Part shown: one piece after another, positions 13,601 to 26,672 of the stretch
Layout: each line of letters starts with the position of its first letter
Position numbering within the stretch: the first letter of the stretch is position 1
NCBI GenBank assembly: GCA_907165135.1
Contig: OU015567.1
Location: 3,038,001 to 3,102,000 of the forward strand
DNA length: 64,000 bases
Reading direction: 5' to 3'
Source: Oikopleura dioica
Taxonomy: Eukaryota > Animalia > Chordata
The notes under the pieces: model-generated
The model's input: only the letters and a program-made list of their open reading frames with translations
Told to the model about the DNA's origin: nothing
The model's database searches: none
Made by a program: the position numbers and the translations under genes

Positions 13601-14874
13601 CTTGAACGATCTCGAGGAAGTCTTTTAGCTCGTTCGACGAAGTAGAAAGGACCTCCTTCAAAACAAGATTGGAAAAGAGGGTAGACAAGGAGAGCTACCT
13701 GACGAAGCTTTGGGAATGAATTTTTGATGACTTCTGCGAATTTGAACTGAATGACACCGGGCAAATGACCGTGCTCGATTTCTTGGAGGGTTTTCAGCGC
13801 GGAATAGTATTTTCCTTGCGCCATTTGCTCCCTCAGTTTTCCATAAGAAACCAGGATTGGCAGAGTCGATTCCATCGTTAGAATTACTAAAGAAATGGTC
13901 GCAGTATTCTTTGAAACGACTCTACCTTTGTTGATATTATCCTGCTGCTTCCTCATCCTGATCCGCTCCTTGTGTCTGCTCGTAATGTCCGCCCCAAGTT
14001 CTTGTAAATCCTTGTTTGTCTCGGCAACTTGCCGGACGAGGCGGGAAGCATCGCCCTGGATTCCAGAGAGCTCTTCAATCGCTTCTACAAAGTGTGAATA
14101 GTGGAAGCCGCACATGCGCTCGATTTCACGCTCCTGGTTTCTTTCAGATGGATTTTCAAGCTTTCATCAAACCGAAGAAATCGGCGCAAGATAAAAATCT
14201 ACCACTCGGTGGCACTAGATAAAAAAAGACTTAAATTCTTGAGGCAAGAAAATCTCGAAAAAATAAACTTCTGAAAATGAAAATCTCTGTCATCAGGTAA
14301 TCTTAGATCATCAAGTTCTGATTGTTTAAGTCTCATTTTTCAATTACAATAAAGAAAAAATCCGTTCCTGATTCGTTTCTCAAGCTTTTTCTGAAACCGG
14401 CCGACATGACCAAGTGTGTAGACAGTCTTGAGGGCAGTGTCCATGCTCGCATTTTGCTCGATTTCGGAAATGATCTTGTCATGCTCTCGTGTAAGCTCTT
14501 CTTTTTTCTGGTGCTTGCGATTTCGTTTTTCTTGCTCTTCCGCGGTCAGCTTTGGGACATCCTTCTTCTTCGCTCGAGGAGTAGATCGTGGCGAGCCGGA
14601 TGAAACGACTGAAGGGAGAGAAGTAATATTTAATCGAAATTTATGAAGAGAATTTATGCAGACAACCGTAAAGTCCGATTCCACAACATTTATCCGACAA
14701 AACAGTTTCATGCAGAATTTAACCTGAATTTTTCCGATCAAAAAGGGAGAAAAATGCCCTCATTTCTTTCCTATCAAAGGAAAATCAATTTGTTCAACCA
14801 ATCTTTCAATGTAAAATACCTGAAACAGCCTTCAACGACGGAATAGAGTCCTTTCTCGAATGCATATCTGGCAT
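10582..14874 (-). CDS. EXOC6: Exocyst complex component 6 (Sec15), about 10 exons
   Basis: Motifs: HDKIISEIEQ...GRFQKKLEKRIRN, MCGFHYSHFVEAIEEL, QGKYYSALKTLQEIE, DFVDFTPIHKSLHIHSLLG, FAQIYRRFLHQILGFFAIED, QIAMINMGALHQLSLDVLFC, WDWETYFQEYGQETSKYALVNP, KQKMQDTVIKQLRGLI. GT-AG introns of 40-43 nt join exons in phase. Probable ATG at 14874; the exact 3' end is uncertain. Confidence 0.95.
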
Positions 14875-15342
14875 ATGATTCCTTTTTGCTTTTATCTGAC
14901 TTTTTGAATCATGTGTTCTTTCATTCTAGTGATATATTGTAAGACATTTGCTTTAGCAACAATTTGAATGGTAAGAATATATTTTTAATAGTCTATAAAC
15001 TGAAATGATTGATAAACGATGGGGAAGGATGATTTCACCTACAATAGAAGAAATTTGATGGATGGACAGAATGGTAGAAGAGAGTTATGTATCAGATAAG
15101 GGGCAAGCTAGTAGCTAGTTTGGGGCTATTGCACAACTGACTTTAACTGATGAGAAGAAAAAAAAATAACGGGATGATAGGTCGTAAGGCACAATTTTGG
15201 CTCTAGAATTTGGAAACTTCGACCCTTCGTGTTTTTGGTTGTCAAAAGATCGAAGTTTCCTAAAAGAAAAAAAATAATTCAGCTACAATTTGATTTGTTC
15301 AATAATATGAGCACTCATAGAGAAAATTAAGCAAGTTCAAAC

Positions 15343-16671
15343 CTAGCTGAGCTTTCCCTCGCCAGCCTTTTTGACCATTTGATGAGCTGAGAAGATCATG
15401 GAGTCGATCATTCCCGCAACGGTGAAAGTTCCACCGATGATGGCGCAGAAAGTCGTGAGGAAGTGGTAAAGGGGCTTTGATTTCTCGGTGTATTTGACAG
15501 TGATAGGAGAGACTTCGTAGCGGAACCAAATGGCCGGCATTACTCGGTGCCCGTGGCCGAAGGCGACAAAATCTGAAAATTAATTAATCAAAATTCCCCA
15601 GCTAGGAGAAGCTCTACCTTTGTAGACAGCGGTAAATTGGTAGCCAAACTTCGTTCTTCTCTTGATATCCTGGTAGACCGTTGGAACGACTTTGAGGGTG
15701 TAATCATGCGATGCCATCTTCTCAGCGCCTTTGGTATTCTTGCCGTTGAGTGGGACGAAGTTTGCTGGAAGATTGCTGTTGATGTTTTTCATGCTTTCAC
15801 CAAAGTAGAGCTCGTGAATTTCGTGGTTCATGTCTGGGTCCTTTGGTTGCACCTAGAAAAGAGATAAGAAAGAAATGATCAGAGGGAGAAAAACTAACCT
15901 GAGAGGAATGAGTCGAAATGTGGAAGTTGCCAGGCACTTTGTTTACATGAAAAGTTCCACCGAACATACATCCTTAAGAATAGTGTCGGAATCAAATCTG
16001 CCCAGATCATTAAAAAAGCGGGTAATTCAAAGGCTGGTGCATCACGGCTGTAAATCAGCTGTTTCTGTACATCTGACAAACAGACGGCCTGCGAATTCGA
16101 GTGTTTATAAATAAACGTCAGAATTGGCAATTCCAAATGGCCAAATCGAATTCAGAAGCGCAATAAAATGAAACTTTTTTACTACTCCAATCTGTCCAAG
16201 ACTTACGACGATTTCTCGTTTTGTATTAAACTATTATCTAATAAAATTACCTCTTCCGCCGTTAATGGGATCTTTGCGCGTGTTCTCCAAGTAACCAACT
16301 TCGTGTCGTCCATGTTCATCTTGGATGTCGACGCCCAAGAATTTACATTCTAACTTCCTGTTACTACACGAGTTTAATGGCAACGGTACTTACCGATTCC
16401 AGGAAGCGACATTCGGATGTTGACGGGGATCTTGTCGCCGGTAGTTGGATCATCGACGTACAGCTCGGAGATGATGTCAGTTCGGAGGAAGGTCAGGAGC
16501 TCGGAGACGAGGAGAAAGAGAATGAAGACGCCAGAACTGATAGAAATGATTGCACCGGTCGTTGTGGGTTGGGTTAGATCCTGTAGTTTAGTTTCAGAAA
16601 GAATCAGTTCTAATTTCGTTGGACCCGTCATTTTTGACATAATCAAGAAAACAGCGGATGTTCTCGGACAT
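15343..16671 (-). CDS. ERGIC1: ER-Golgi intermediate compartment protein 1 (ERGIC-32)
   Basis: Motifs: DLTQPTTTGAIISI, ELYVDDP, LGVDIQDEHGRHEVG, VNKVPGNFHISTH, SHDYTLKVVPTVY, PAIWFRYEVSPITVKYTEK, FLTTFCAIIGGTFTVAG, and a C-terminal KLS with di-lysine context. The start codon is uncertain. Confidence 0.93.
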
Positions 16672-16782
16672 GCCGGGATTTAGGGTAGTCTGTCCTGGTG
16701 GGGATCTGCCAGGTAATAAGGTATAAAAAGGTAAAGTTATGATGAAATAAATCAAGTAAATAAGGCTTAAATATGGGGACAG

Positions 16783-16980
16783 GCTGTAACGTTACAAAGC
16801 CAAAATTTTGAAATGCCGTTACAAAACACAAAATTTTCGGCACTGAAATTATACGCCAATTACTTATTTTTCTGAGCAGAAAAACCCATTATACCATTAA
16901 GGAGCGCCCTCCCGTTCAATAATTCTGATTTGAAATTTTTGTAACGGCGTTTGTAACGTAACGGCTACGTCGTAGCCGCC
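16783..16980. repeat. Degenerate small inverted-repeat element with GTAACG/CGTTAC subrepeats
   Basis: GTAACGTTACAAA...CCGTTACAAAA on the left is mirrored by TTTTGTAACGG...TTTGTAACGTAAC on the right. No TSD was found. Confidence 0.5.
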
Positions 16981-17216
16981 ATTCAACCCTTAAAATCCCA
17001 ACTCACTTATGGTCAAGAAAACAAAAATATTCGGAGGGCCGCTATTTTTCTAGTGCAAATCAAAGAAAACGTTTACTTTTTCTTAATCCTTTGTTTAAAG
17101 CCGCTTCAGGTCGCCGACCCTAGTTCTAAATAAGCGCGAACTCGTATCAGCGGAATTTTCCGCCACCTAACGACACTATATATACGACAGCGAGTGGTTC
17201 GAATTTAGAAAAAAAA

Positions 17217-17867
17217 ATGAATCCCTTCAAATTTTTCACTCTTTTGAGTGGTGCTGTCTCGGCATCGGACTCTTCCGAGAATGAGAAGTGGCATCTATAT
17301 TCCGGTTCCGTGCATGCTGATTGTCCGATACACGAATTATTAGAACTAACAGAAGGACGATGGGGAACATTGAAGTGTATAATAAATAATGAAAAGGATT
17401 CTTAAAGATACAAAATATTTCGTTTAAGTATTTTTAATCGATCGATACATCGAAACATGCATAGTCAATTATTATTGGCAGAACTTCAAGAATCACTGAA
17501 AGTTACCAAGACCTCCAGATGCAAATACCAATGTGGCCCCAAATCAATAAGGAAGGCTGTTTGGGAATGCGACCCGGAGAGAGCCGAACCTGAGTGGAAC
17601 GAGGTGAGCCCCTGTTTTAGAGACAAACATGCCGACAAAAAGTCCCGAAAAGAAAGATGCGAAGAGCTTGAAGAACAGCCCAAGTGGTCCTCGTCTTCTT
17701 CCCTTCTTCGGTGTCAAAATGGTAAGGGAGTTGACCGATTCAGGCGACGTTATTACAAATGTTTCGCCTACTGCCCGGACCAGCCAAAGACTCGAATGAG
17801 GGAAAAATGGGTCTGTAATGGCTACGAATGGACGCAGAAATCAAAATGCCCGAGCTGGTGGGGCTAA
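17217..17867 (+). CDS. Small secreted Cys/Trp-rich protein with sushi/CCP-like repeats (2 exons)
   Basis: Signal-like MNPFKFFTLLSGAVSA. Repeated C...C-x3-C...W-x-C...W...C spacing (CKYQC...VWECDP...WNEVSPC; CFAYC...KWVCNGYEW...KC). Stop at 17865-17867. Confidence 0.6.
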
Positions 17868-18166
17868 ACCCTTTTCTATATTGAGAATCTGAAACTCTTT
17901 TCCTTTGGGACTTTTCTATAAATGTCAAACCTACGAATATCATACACCATCTTTCAGCGTTTTTATCGATTTCTAAAAAGGATAGTCGGATAGTTTATAT
18001 TTTGAAGAAAATGTTGACAGTTGTTGAAAGTTGAGGGTTGAAGAAACATGCAGACGTAGAAAGATTAACAGAAAAAGTGACTGAACGATACAGCCAGAGA
18101 AAAACAGAGAGGTAAACATTCGGAATAGAAATGAGATTTGGGAAAGAATGAAGAACGAAAAGTGGT

Positions 18167-20939
18167 TTAGTCAAAGTTGATAAGCGAATCTTCCGCATCT
18201 TCTTTTGAATGAGTATCTTCTAGTTCAAAAGATTCGAGTTCTTTGGCTAAAGAATCGAGGGCAGAAGGATCATCTTCTTCGCTCAAGCTGCCGTATTCGA
18301 AGGTTTGCTGATCAAGGTCAGCTTCGATGGGAAAAATGTCAAGGTGATTCTCGATTTCTGCGATTTTAAGAGCATGCTCCGCGCTAAAAATATGAAATAA
18401 ATGTTCTTTGGATTGAAATCAGAGCGTACCGGAGATCAAGGAGTTTTTTCAATAAATCGGGGAATTCAGCTTGAAATTTCGCATCAACGAGTTCGAGTTT
18501 TTCGAGAACATCTTTTCGCATCTTCTGAAATTTCGCCCTGGAAGATTGGCGGCAGCGAAGAACCATGCGATATTCGTAATTTCCAGTTTCTACGCGATAG
18601 AGGGGCTCGTTGAAAGTGATGCATTCTGACTCTTCGTCGTCCATTTCCTTGATTTTCAAGCAATAACTAGGATTCTTTTACATCTTATTTTCTGAATGAA
18701 ATTCTACCTCAAGTATTCAAATTTTGCATCAGCGTATTTTTTCACTGTCATTTTCGCATCAGGAACGATTGTATCCGTAAAAACGATGATGTCGGAAACA
18801 ACTTGTTTCGTTTCATCAATCAGCTCTCGATCCGCAGTGCGCATTACTTCGTGGATTTTCGCCAGGTCCAAGTAGCTCTGAAAAGGCGCTTTTGTTATTG
18901 CTGTCGCTTTTGTTTTAATGGCTGTGATGTTGAGGATTTATGAGCTTGATTGGATTTACTACGCTGGGCAGAGTTTGAAATTCTCGAGATTCGCGAGCGG
19001 CTCACTTGAGAGCGAGCGAGCAAGAGCATGATGCTCTCTCTGCTCCCGAGCGCATTTATTTCAGCGTTCGCGCTCTTTGCGCTCGCGAGCACATTTCATT
19101 TCGCGCTCTCGCTCTCCTGGCTCCCGAGCACTGGTCAAATTTTGCTCTCGCTCGATTGGCTCGCGAGCTGAAAAATCTGACTCGCGAGCAGCTTTCAAGA
19201 GCCTAAAATGATTCGTCTACCCCGTAACTAATTCCAAATGAGTCCCTCTCACAGGAGTTAGCACTTCGCGGTGAGCATCTTTTATCTGTTTACTCTCGGC
19301 TTTTCGCGTTCCGCTGCCGAGATTACGGACCTAATGAAGCTTGCACAAAACGGAAACACAAAAAATTGATCAACGAGAGAAATTTATCCATAAAAGTGAA
19401 AAATTATGCAAAAAATTGTTCCTTTAATTTTGCTCGCGAGCCGCTCGTGAGTCAATTCCATGGCGAGCACGAGAGCAGCCGCTCCCGCTCTTCTAGCTCC
19501 CGAGCATTACCGACATATGCGCTCGTGCTCTCTGCGCTCGCGAGCGGGTTCAAATTTGGGCTCGTGCTCTTTTGGCTCTCGAGCCAACTTTATTTTCATG
19601 CTCCCGCTCCCCTGCTCTCAGAGCAATGATAAATTTTCGCTCTTGCTCTTTTCGCTCGCGAGCATTTGCGAGCATCTCAAACTCTGACGCTGGGAATCAA
19701 CGAAAAGCTAGAATTGTTTCTTGTTGAAAATTCGCTGGGTGGCTTGATTTTAAAGATATCACCTTTTTTAAAGATTGTAAACGATAACGATCGTTAAACG
19801 TATTACTTAAAGTAAACTTATTTTTTCCTAGTGCAATAAGGAAAATTTCAAATAAAAGCAGTAAAACTCACCTGATGATTCGAGTCTCTTCCAGCAATCG
19901 ACTTAAACGCCGCAGCCATTTGATCATGTCCCTTGATTCTCGCTTGCAAAATCTTCATCGACCTGATTGTTCTTAGCACAATCCCTTTCGCAAGCTTCGC
20001 TTTCTGCGACAAATCATCCAGTTTCCTCACCAACGAGTCGTTGCATAGAACCGCTCTTGATATTCCAAGAGCGTCGGCAGTAGTTGGTTCCATTCCTTCG
20101 ATGATCTTGTGCTTCATTTTCTTCAGCTTGATGTCCAGTGTTTTCCCCTTTGTTGTATCACAAATGAGCTTGTTGTATTGAATCGTTACTTCTGCGTTTT
20201 CATCCTAATGAATATCAAAATAACCAAAGATACCAATCAGCAAAAATAATCTCAGATTGGGCTTGAAAAATGTGTAGTAGCCAAAGTCAGGTATGAAATG
20301 AAAAGCGACGTAGTCGGTTCATTTTTTAACGCTGTTTTTCGTCGAATCTTTTTCGGAAACAAGACTCGGGATCTAGTGGCAGGTGACAGAGATCTCGAAA
20401 AGGGGTCCAGAATCTTGACAAAAGATTAAAATCTAGTTTATTCAAATATTCTTGGTTCGATTCTTTATTTTTTCTGTTTATTTATGCCACTTGATTCACA
20501 CTGAGATCAAATCATTTCTGCTTTAAAAGCCTTACGGATCCTCAGAGGATCCAGTTGTCTAAATGAGACTCTACCACCCTGTTAAATTAGTTTTACGAAG
20601 TTGAAGGAATTTTCCTCCACTCGCTTTTACACTTCTTCTTTACTTTGCCAAAACGAAAAATAAACGAACCTGAATACATTTGGCTAGCTCGCTCTTTGTC
20701 AATCCTTTAGTAGAAAGCCCATTGACCGCCACAATTTCATCCCCACACTGAAGTTTCTCGCAGTTCAACGCAGGCGTATTTTCGTAGAGCTGGACGATAT
20801 ACAAGCAGGGACAGTAGGGAGCGCCGCCGCCGATGGAGATTCCGATGAGATTCTGCTCGTTTTTAGCGAGTGTGACTGTCCCGCTGACGGTGCTCATGCC
20901 AGACTTGTCCTCGTAGTCTTCAGGGAAATCTTGGAGCAT
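18167..20939 (-). CDS. PICK1: PICK1 (PDZ + arfaptin/BAR domain protein)
   Basis: PDZ exon: NLIGISIGGGAPYCPCLYIVQ...GDEIVAVNG. BAR region: TADALGISRAVLCNDSLV, PDAKMTVKKYADAKFEYLSYCLKIKEMDDEE, EPLYRVETGNYEYRMVLRCRQ, DIFPIEADL. Acidic tail with stop at 18167-18169. Confidence 0.96.
18985..19685. repeat. Two clusters of GCTC(N)CGAGC / GCTCGCGAGC palindromic motifs in a PICK1 intron
   Basis: Motif arrays at ~18985-19200 and ~19430-19685, separated by unrelated sequence. Confidence 0.75.
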
Positions 20940-21489
20940 CTTTTTATCAGTCTGAAAAACAAGGATGATAATCATTCATTTTCCGTAGTAGATGATTTCA
21001 ATGAAGACGTCATTTTAGAGAAGGAATCATTGGAGAATTTTCATTAGAAGAAAATTCTTTTCCCCTAAAGCTTCATTTTCCCTCCAAACTTCGAGGATAA
21101 TTTTCTTTCTCTACATCTATCTTTAGATAATTGGAAAACGACAATCGATCGATGCAGAAAGCCTCACTACAAAAGGGGCGGGCAGAATTCAGAAGCGATT
21201 ACGTCATCGTGATTCGGCGCACTGCACCACCAATGGTGGTGCAAACATGGGCGCCACGCCAATTATCGATTTTCCTGTGCCTTACGCAGCAAATTACAGA
21301 TTTTTTAACGCAGAAATCAGATTATGCTTCTTTGCGCTTCGTTCTTGGAAAAAAGAAATGACAATTTTTTTTTATATTTTTATTTTATTTTCAATTATTT
21401 TGTACTGGTAAGACAGAAGGCAGTGTCTTTTTGTCTCATTTCAAAAAAGTTCGAACAGTTCATAAAATCCCTACAAATACGGCTCTTTT

Positions 21490-22190
21490 CTAATACTTGA
21501 TCATCTGCCAGAGTCGTTCTTCGAAAGTCTGAGGGACCCAATCGAATTTAATCGGGACCTGATTCTCCTTCTCTTCTTCCATCTTCTTTTTGGCCTGGTA
21601 CTGTTTGAATCGACTTTGGTTTGACTCACCCAAGGCCTCTCTGGCAGCGATCTTTCTTTCGTAGAATGCGCGAACATTTTCGTCCATTGGACCAGCTGAA
21701 AAAAGAGTTGAGGCATCAAGAACTCTTGGTGAGACTTCTCAAAACAGGACTCGGCACTGTGTGAAAGAAACTGAGTCACGATGCTGAAAGAGCGGAATTC
21801 ATGGTGAGATTGAGGCGATAATTTTTAGGTGCCGATTAAGTGCTCTCTCAGGACCCTGACTCAGGTTTCTACGTAGTTTCCCAAGCGAAGAATTCGAGTA
21901 ACTTACAGGCACGCATCATAACTGCAACGAGATTTCTGAAGCTTTCATCTGTCCCATCCCCGCACTTGACCAAAGCTTCGCGAATGGGAGCCGTCTTTCT
22001 TTTGAAATATTCCAACTTTTCTCTATCGTCTCCAACGCGCTCTTCCAAGGGTTTGTCAAACATCTCTATCGCAAATTCTTCCCCACCGAAGTTGCTTCTG
22101 TCGGCCTGGAGGACGTTCTCCAGCCATTGGTGCATCGTCGGTAATTTTGAGTCACTCATTCCGGTTTCGATTCTCGAGCAATTTTTCTGA
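21490..22190 (-). CDS. Hypothetical protein, multi-exon
   Basis: Coding-like exons HQWLENVLQADRS...VMMRACK followed by gtaagt, and ...MDENVRAFYERK...RLWQMIKY-stop. No family was recognised. Confidence 0.5.
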
Positions 22191-22723
22191 AGACTTCAAG
22201 GGCTTTGTAAATCTGGGTTTCAGAAATCAACCTGCGAAAGAATAGGAAACGAAGAATCCTGCAAAAAGGAAAACGAAAAGTATTGGAAGAAGTTTGAATT
22301 GTATTGAATGTTCAATAAAGAAACAGGGATCAGTGCAGCTGAGCTTGAAACTAGAAGATGGGTAACTAGAACAGGAAACTGGAAAACTTGCAGTTCAAAA
22401 AACAGTATTTTTTAATATTTGTCGCACTTTTTCAGTTTTTGTTCATAAAAGAAAGCTTAAAAGAGAGCTCCTTTAATCGTCTATTCGCATTCTTTATCTT
22501 CTGGATTTAAAAAGTTGGGTATCTGTGGAATTACTTCATTTCTAGAGGGTTTTTTCTAGAGACAGGATTTTTTCTTTCGCAAAGAAAATCTTCGAATTCT
22601 TCGAAAATTTCCTCCTTTGCTCGCATTTTGACCAAAAAGTTGGTCAAACACGCGCAAGGGTTAAAAAAGTGAGACAAAATAAAAACATGAAATAGCAAAA
22701 ACAGGTGAAAAAGAAATATAGAA

Positions 22724-23218
22724 TTATCTTGGGATTTTGTAACTCTTCGATTCTACAGTCGATTTCGTCATTGTTCTGGAAGATTCATGAGCCCGAAGAG
22801 CACGCCACCGTAGACTGTGAGGCCGTAAGCGAGGATAAGAGGAGTGCCGACTGAAGGCTGGACTGCTGTGACTCCCATGAGTTTGGCGAGTACGGATTCT
22901 CGGCGCATCTGACCTGGAAAAGAAGTTGAGTGCGACGAAAAATGAAACTACAAGTAGTTCTGAGAATCTGGCAATCGATTCGAGCTCAACATTATTACTG
23001 AAAATCGACCTGAAAGGAGGCGCAAAGCGCGGCTTTCCCATTCTTTTATAGGAGCCGCGAGCGGCTTCTCGCTTGTCCTGAGTAGGAGTCCTGAAAGAGA
23101 GTAGCGGCTTCCTAATAACTTTTCGGGACCCTGCCTCAGGTTTTGGGAATATGAGAAGGAATGAAATAACAACTGGACTTACCGATTTTGTACTTTTGAA
23201 GATTGATTCGTCGAGCAA
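22724..23218 (-). CDS. Uncharacterised ORF
   Basis: 164-codon ORF in GC-richer sequence with no recognised motif. May be exon(s) of the adjacent gene. Confidence 0.25.
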   Translation of the reverse strand: MLDESIFKSTKSVSPVVISFLLIFPKPEAGSRKVIRKPLLSFRTPTQDKREAARGSYKRMGKPRFAPPFRSIFSNNVELESIARFSELLVVSFFVALNFFSRSDAPRIRTRQTHGSHSSPAFSRHSSYPRLRPHSLRWRALRAHESSRTMTKSTVESKSYKIPR

Positions 23219-25342
23219 TTGGGGCGATTCGGCAATTCATGATCGAAGCTAAACTCTGCATAAGAAAGGTGTATCTGGGCGGATTTTCGTAGTTTTAAAT
23301 TTAGTTGAAAACGTGAAAGTTATAAAAACTGAATAAGCTGCTCCGCGTGGCGCATTAAAAAAGATCAGAATTGGTGATCAGGCTGTGGGCAATTACGTAA
23401 CAGTCTACTAGAACGGAGGAATGATAATAGAACATTCTACTGGGATTTTCCCCGATTTTGAAGAAATTTCAAGTGCTCTTTTCTATATTTTCTCCGGAAA
23501 AAGAGCGTTTTTCTTAGAAAAAAAAATGTTTTTACCAATTTTCTGGCCGCTGGGCATGAAAAAAACTTTCTTTCTCTTGACCGAGCAAAAAGTTAATAAA
23601 AAAACTGAACAGTTTCAGCCCTTCTTCAAGACCTAAACCCTTCTTCGATCACGTGATCTGTTGCGGAGGATAGCTGTGAGGCAAGTTTACCAGAGACAAA
23701 ACGAACTCTTAGCAAGGTCTAACTCAAAAACAAGTCAATATGACGGGAGAAGGCGTGGCCTTTCCTCTTGATTACTGTCGGATCGAATGACTGTAAGAGC
23801 AATTCATTGATCCGAATGAACTTTTCGCTAGATTTTTGAGTGAAAAATCGTCGAAAAAGGGATTTTCATGCACTAAATCTCGAATTGATTCCCAGATTTT
23901 ACCGATTTTATAAGGGCAGTTGGCATTCATTTCCCCAAAGATGAAACTTTTTTCTCTATTAAGAAAAAGTGGCTCGCAAGTTTCACGCTAAAACTTTTGA
24001 CCTCAAGTTGACTTGAGTTCGCTTTTTTGCCCTTGACGAATTTCGCCTTTGATTGAAATCTTGAACAATGGATCGATCTATTTTTTATGCTCCGGGACCC
24101 CTTGTTCTATTTTTTTTGTTTTGAGAAGCTAATAATCTTGACCGTCAAGGCCAATTGAGCGAGTCTGGACATGGGCAAAATGTCAAGAAAGTGAAAAATG
24201 ATTACATAACTGAACGTACTAAAATCTGGATGAGCACGGTCACGCAGGGTACATGCTCAAGACATGTGAAAGAAAAGGTCAAATAAAACAGAATAAATAG
24301 ACTTTACGAGAGTGGAACAGCACATGATAAATTTGATGCTACGAGTATCAGATATTGTCGGATTGATTTGGATTTGAAAGATTATTCATAAAAAGATCTG
24401 TCTAAATCACACCTAAAAGCTTGTGAAGGAAGTGATGCTTTGACAGATTTAAATCTTTTATCTAATGATTTCCGATCCCCCAAAATAGACATAAAAAAAC
24501 TAAGAAGTCGATCCAGATCTAGTCGACTTAGCCCAGACGTTTTCCTTAATTCCTTGCCGAAAGAAGCTTCGATCGCGAGACTAAAAGCTCTCATCGACAT
24601 GCGGTTTTTCTCCGAAAAGGAATAAAAATGGGAGAAACCATAAGTATCAACAGAAATGGGCTATTTTGTGAGAAACTCTGTTATTCTAAAAGCGCTAAAA
24701 TGAACCCAAATCAGCGAAGATTGATGAACTGTACTCGTATACTCTCAAAAATTCAATCATTATTGAAATCGACTGACTAATTAACGCTGAAATTCCATAA
24801 ATTACAAAAGTTGAAATACTGTTTTCAATCGTGAAGGCATATGCTTGACGATTCATTTATGAGGTTTTCAAGGCCAAAGCCTTCAACAAAGCTAGCTCAG
24901 TTTCAAGGATGTTTCTGATTTCACCCTATTTTGGACAAAAACTGCGAAAAGAGACTGAAAAATTGGGGAAATAAATTTGCGTCCTTCCTGTCAATAAAAA
25001 ATTATTTATGCATTTATCCGCTGCCCGTCACTTCTAACGAATTTAACCAAATGAATTTTGAATAACGCAAATGTGGCTATAAATATACTGGCGCATAGTA
25101 GATATAAAACATCGTGGCGCATAACTATAAAAGAAGCATCAAAAAAGAAAAGAGGGACACACTGTACAAAGTCGGTTATAATTCGGCGCTGGCAGAAGCT
25201 GGATCCGCTCAGATTCACTGAACAGACACTGAACAACTCACATACAAGCCTCGTTAGTCACTTGTTTCTAAAAAGAAGAGAATACGGCTTTCGGGGAAGA
25301 AGTTTATAAAAGAGGAAAAAAGAGAGAAAAATAAACCATCTA

Positions 25343-26672
25343 ATGAAGCTGTTTTCAAGAATTCTTTGGCTTTCAGCTATAGTTTCCGCGCGTAAGTTTA
25401 CATCAGAAAACTAAAGGCGTATCAATATTTTATTTTTGTTACCAAGTCAACCTGTAATACAGGTTACCTGTATAGCAGCGCTATTGTGGGCTTGGCAACC
25501 TGTAAAAAACCTGAGTTAGAATCTGAAATTTCTTTTTCCCGCACTGAAATTACCCTGAATCAGATTTCTATACAGGTTTCGGCCAAGAAACCGCAGACAA
25601 TTTCAAATCCTCGATTCTGACGCTGAAAACTGGGTCAAATTAGCGTAGAAGTGTCAGAATCGTTCTAATAAGACCGGATCATTGCACCGAAAAGTATCAA
25701 CTTGCTGTTTACAGAATACACGATTGCTAATAGAATTGAAAACCATTATCGTTAAATCTCCTGCGAAAGCACAATATACAGATAACTGTCCACTTATTTA
25801 TCTAAGATAAAGCATTTAGCTTTGGCATGTTTTCAGATTTGACAGTTTAGTGGCTTAGAATCAATAAAAGCCTGTTCAAAACCACTTTTCCGAGTCGATT
25901 GAGAACTCTTTTGACTTTATACACTGTATACTGTATACAGTATACAAATGCAATAACATACGGCATATCTGTGCATAAACGATATGGGATGTATGCACAA
26001 CTAAATGGAACAAAGAGAATATGTTCTGGAACTTTCCTGGGCATAGAAAGATGTGGCCTGCTACAGTTATCCACTGTAATTAATAAGTGACGTTCATCTG
26101 GCGTAGTAGAATAGCAATGTCGCATACGCTGCCCTATTACCGTATTCATTCGAAAGTAACCCGATTACTTCAGGTGGACTGATTAATATCTTTGACATTG
26201 ACGAAAGCCAACGAAACGTCCCCGCAAAACCTGTTGTTCCGATACACTTAGGAAAGGATGCTTCAAAAGAAAAAAAAATAGTCCCTGACTCAGGTTTTAA
26301 ACTGGTACACAGGGTGCCGATTCCAGGCGCCTCACGAAGCGCTAAGCCGCAAGCGGCTTTTGGAGACTAGAATTACTTGGTCTTAGACTAAGTAGTAGTA
26401 CTAAAGACTCTTAGTCATTTTTGAAACATCAAAAAGCGTCACATGACCACTCAAAACTCATGGCTCATCTGAAAGAAAATGCTAGTTTCAAAAGTATGGC
26501 CCTCCTTTCTCAGCGATTTCAGTTTTCAATCCCTATTTTAGAAAAAATGACGAGTTTCACGAATCGACTCTCAGGCGACCTGAATCAATTGAGAGAAATC
26601 GACGATCCGGACACTCGAGAAAAAGTGGCCAAATTGACGAATTTTTTAACTCATTTTCAGCAGTTCCTGTGA
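25343..26672 (+). CDS. Candidate small secreted protein (3 exons, about 85-100 aa)
   Basis: MKLFSRILWLSAIVSA-R followed by gtaag. A phase-compatible exon at 26171 gives GLINIFDIDESQRNVPAKPVVPIHL, and the last exon gives EKMTSFTNRLSGDLNQLREIDD...FQQFL-stop. Confidence 0.45.

Noticed and set aside
14874-15343. ERGIC1-EXOC6 operon hypothesis (co-oriented trafficking genes)
   Set aside because: The ~470-nt gap is not diagnostic, and trans-splicing cannot be seen in DNA.
16695-16712. TTACCTGGCAG on the minus strand, resembling the U1 snRNA 5' end
   Set aside because: Only 11 nt match and no downstream U1 sequence follows. It is simply the complement of a donor-like CAG|GTAA.
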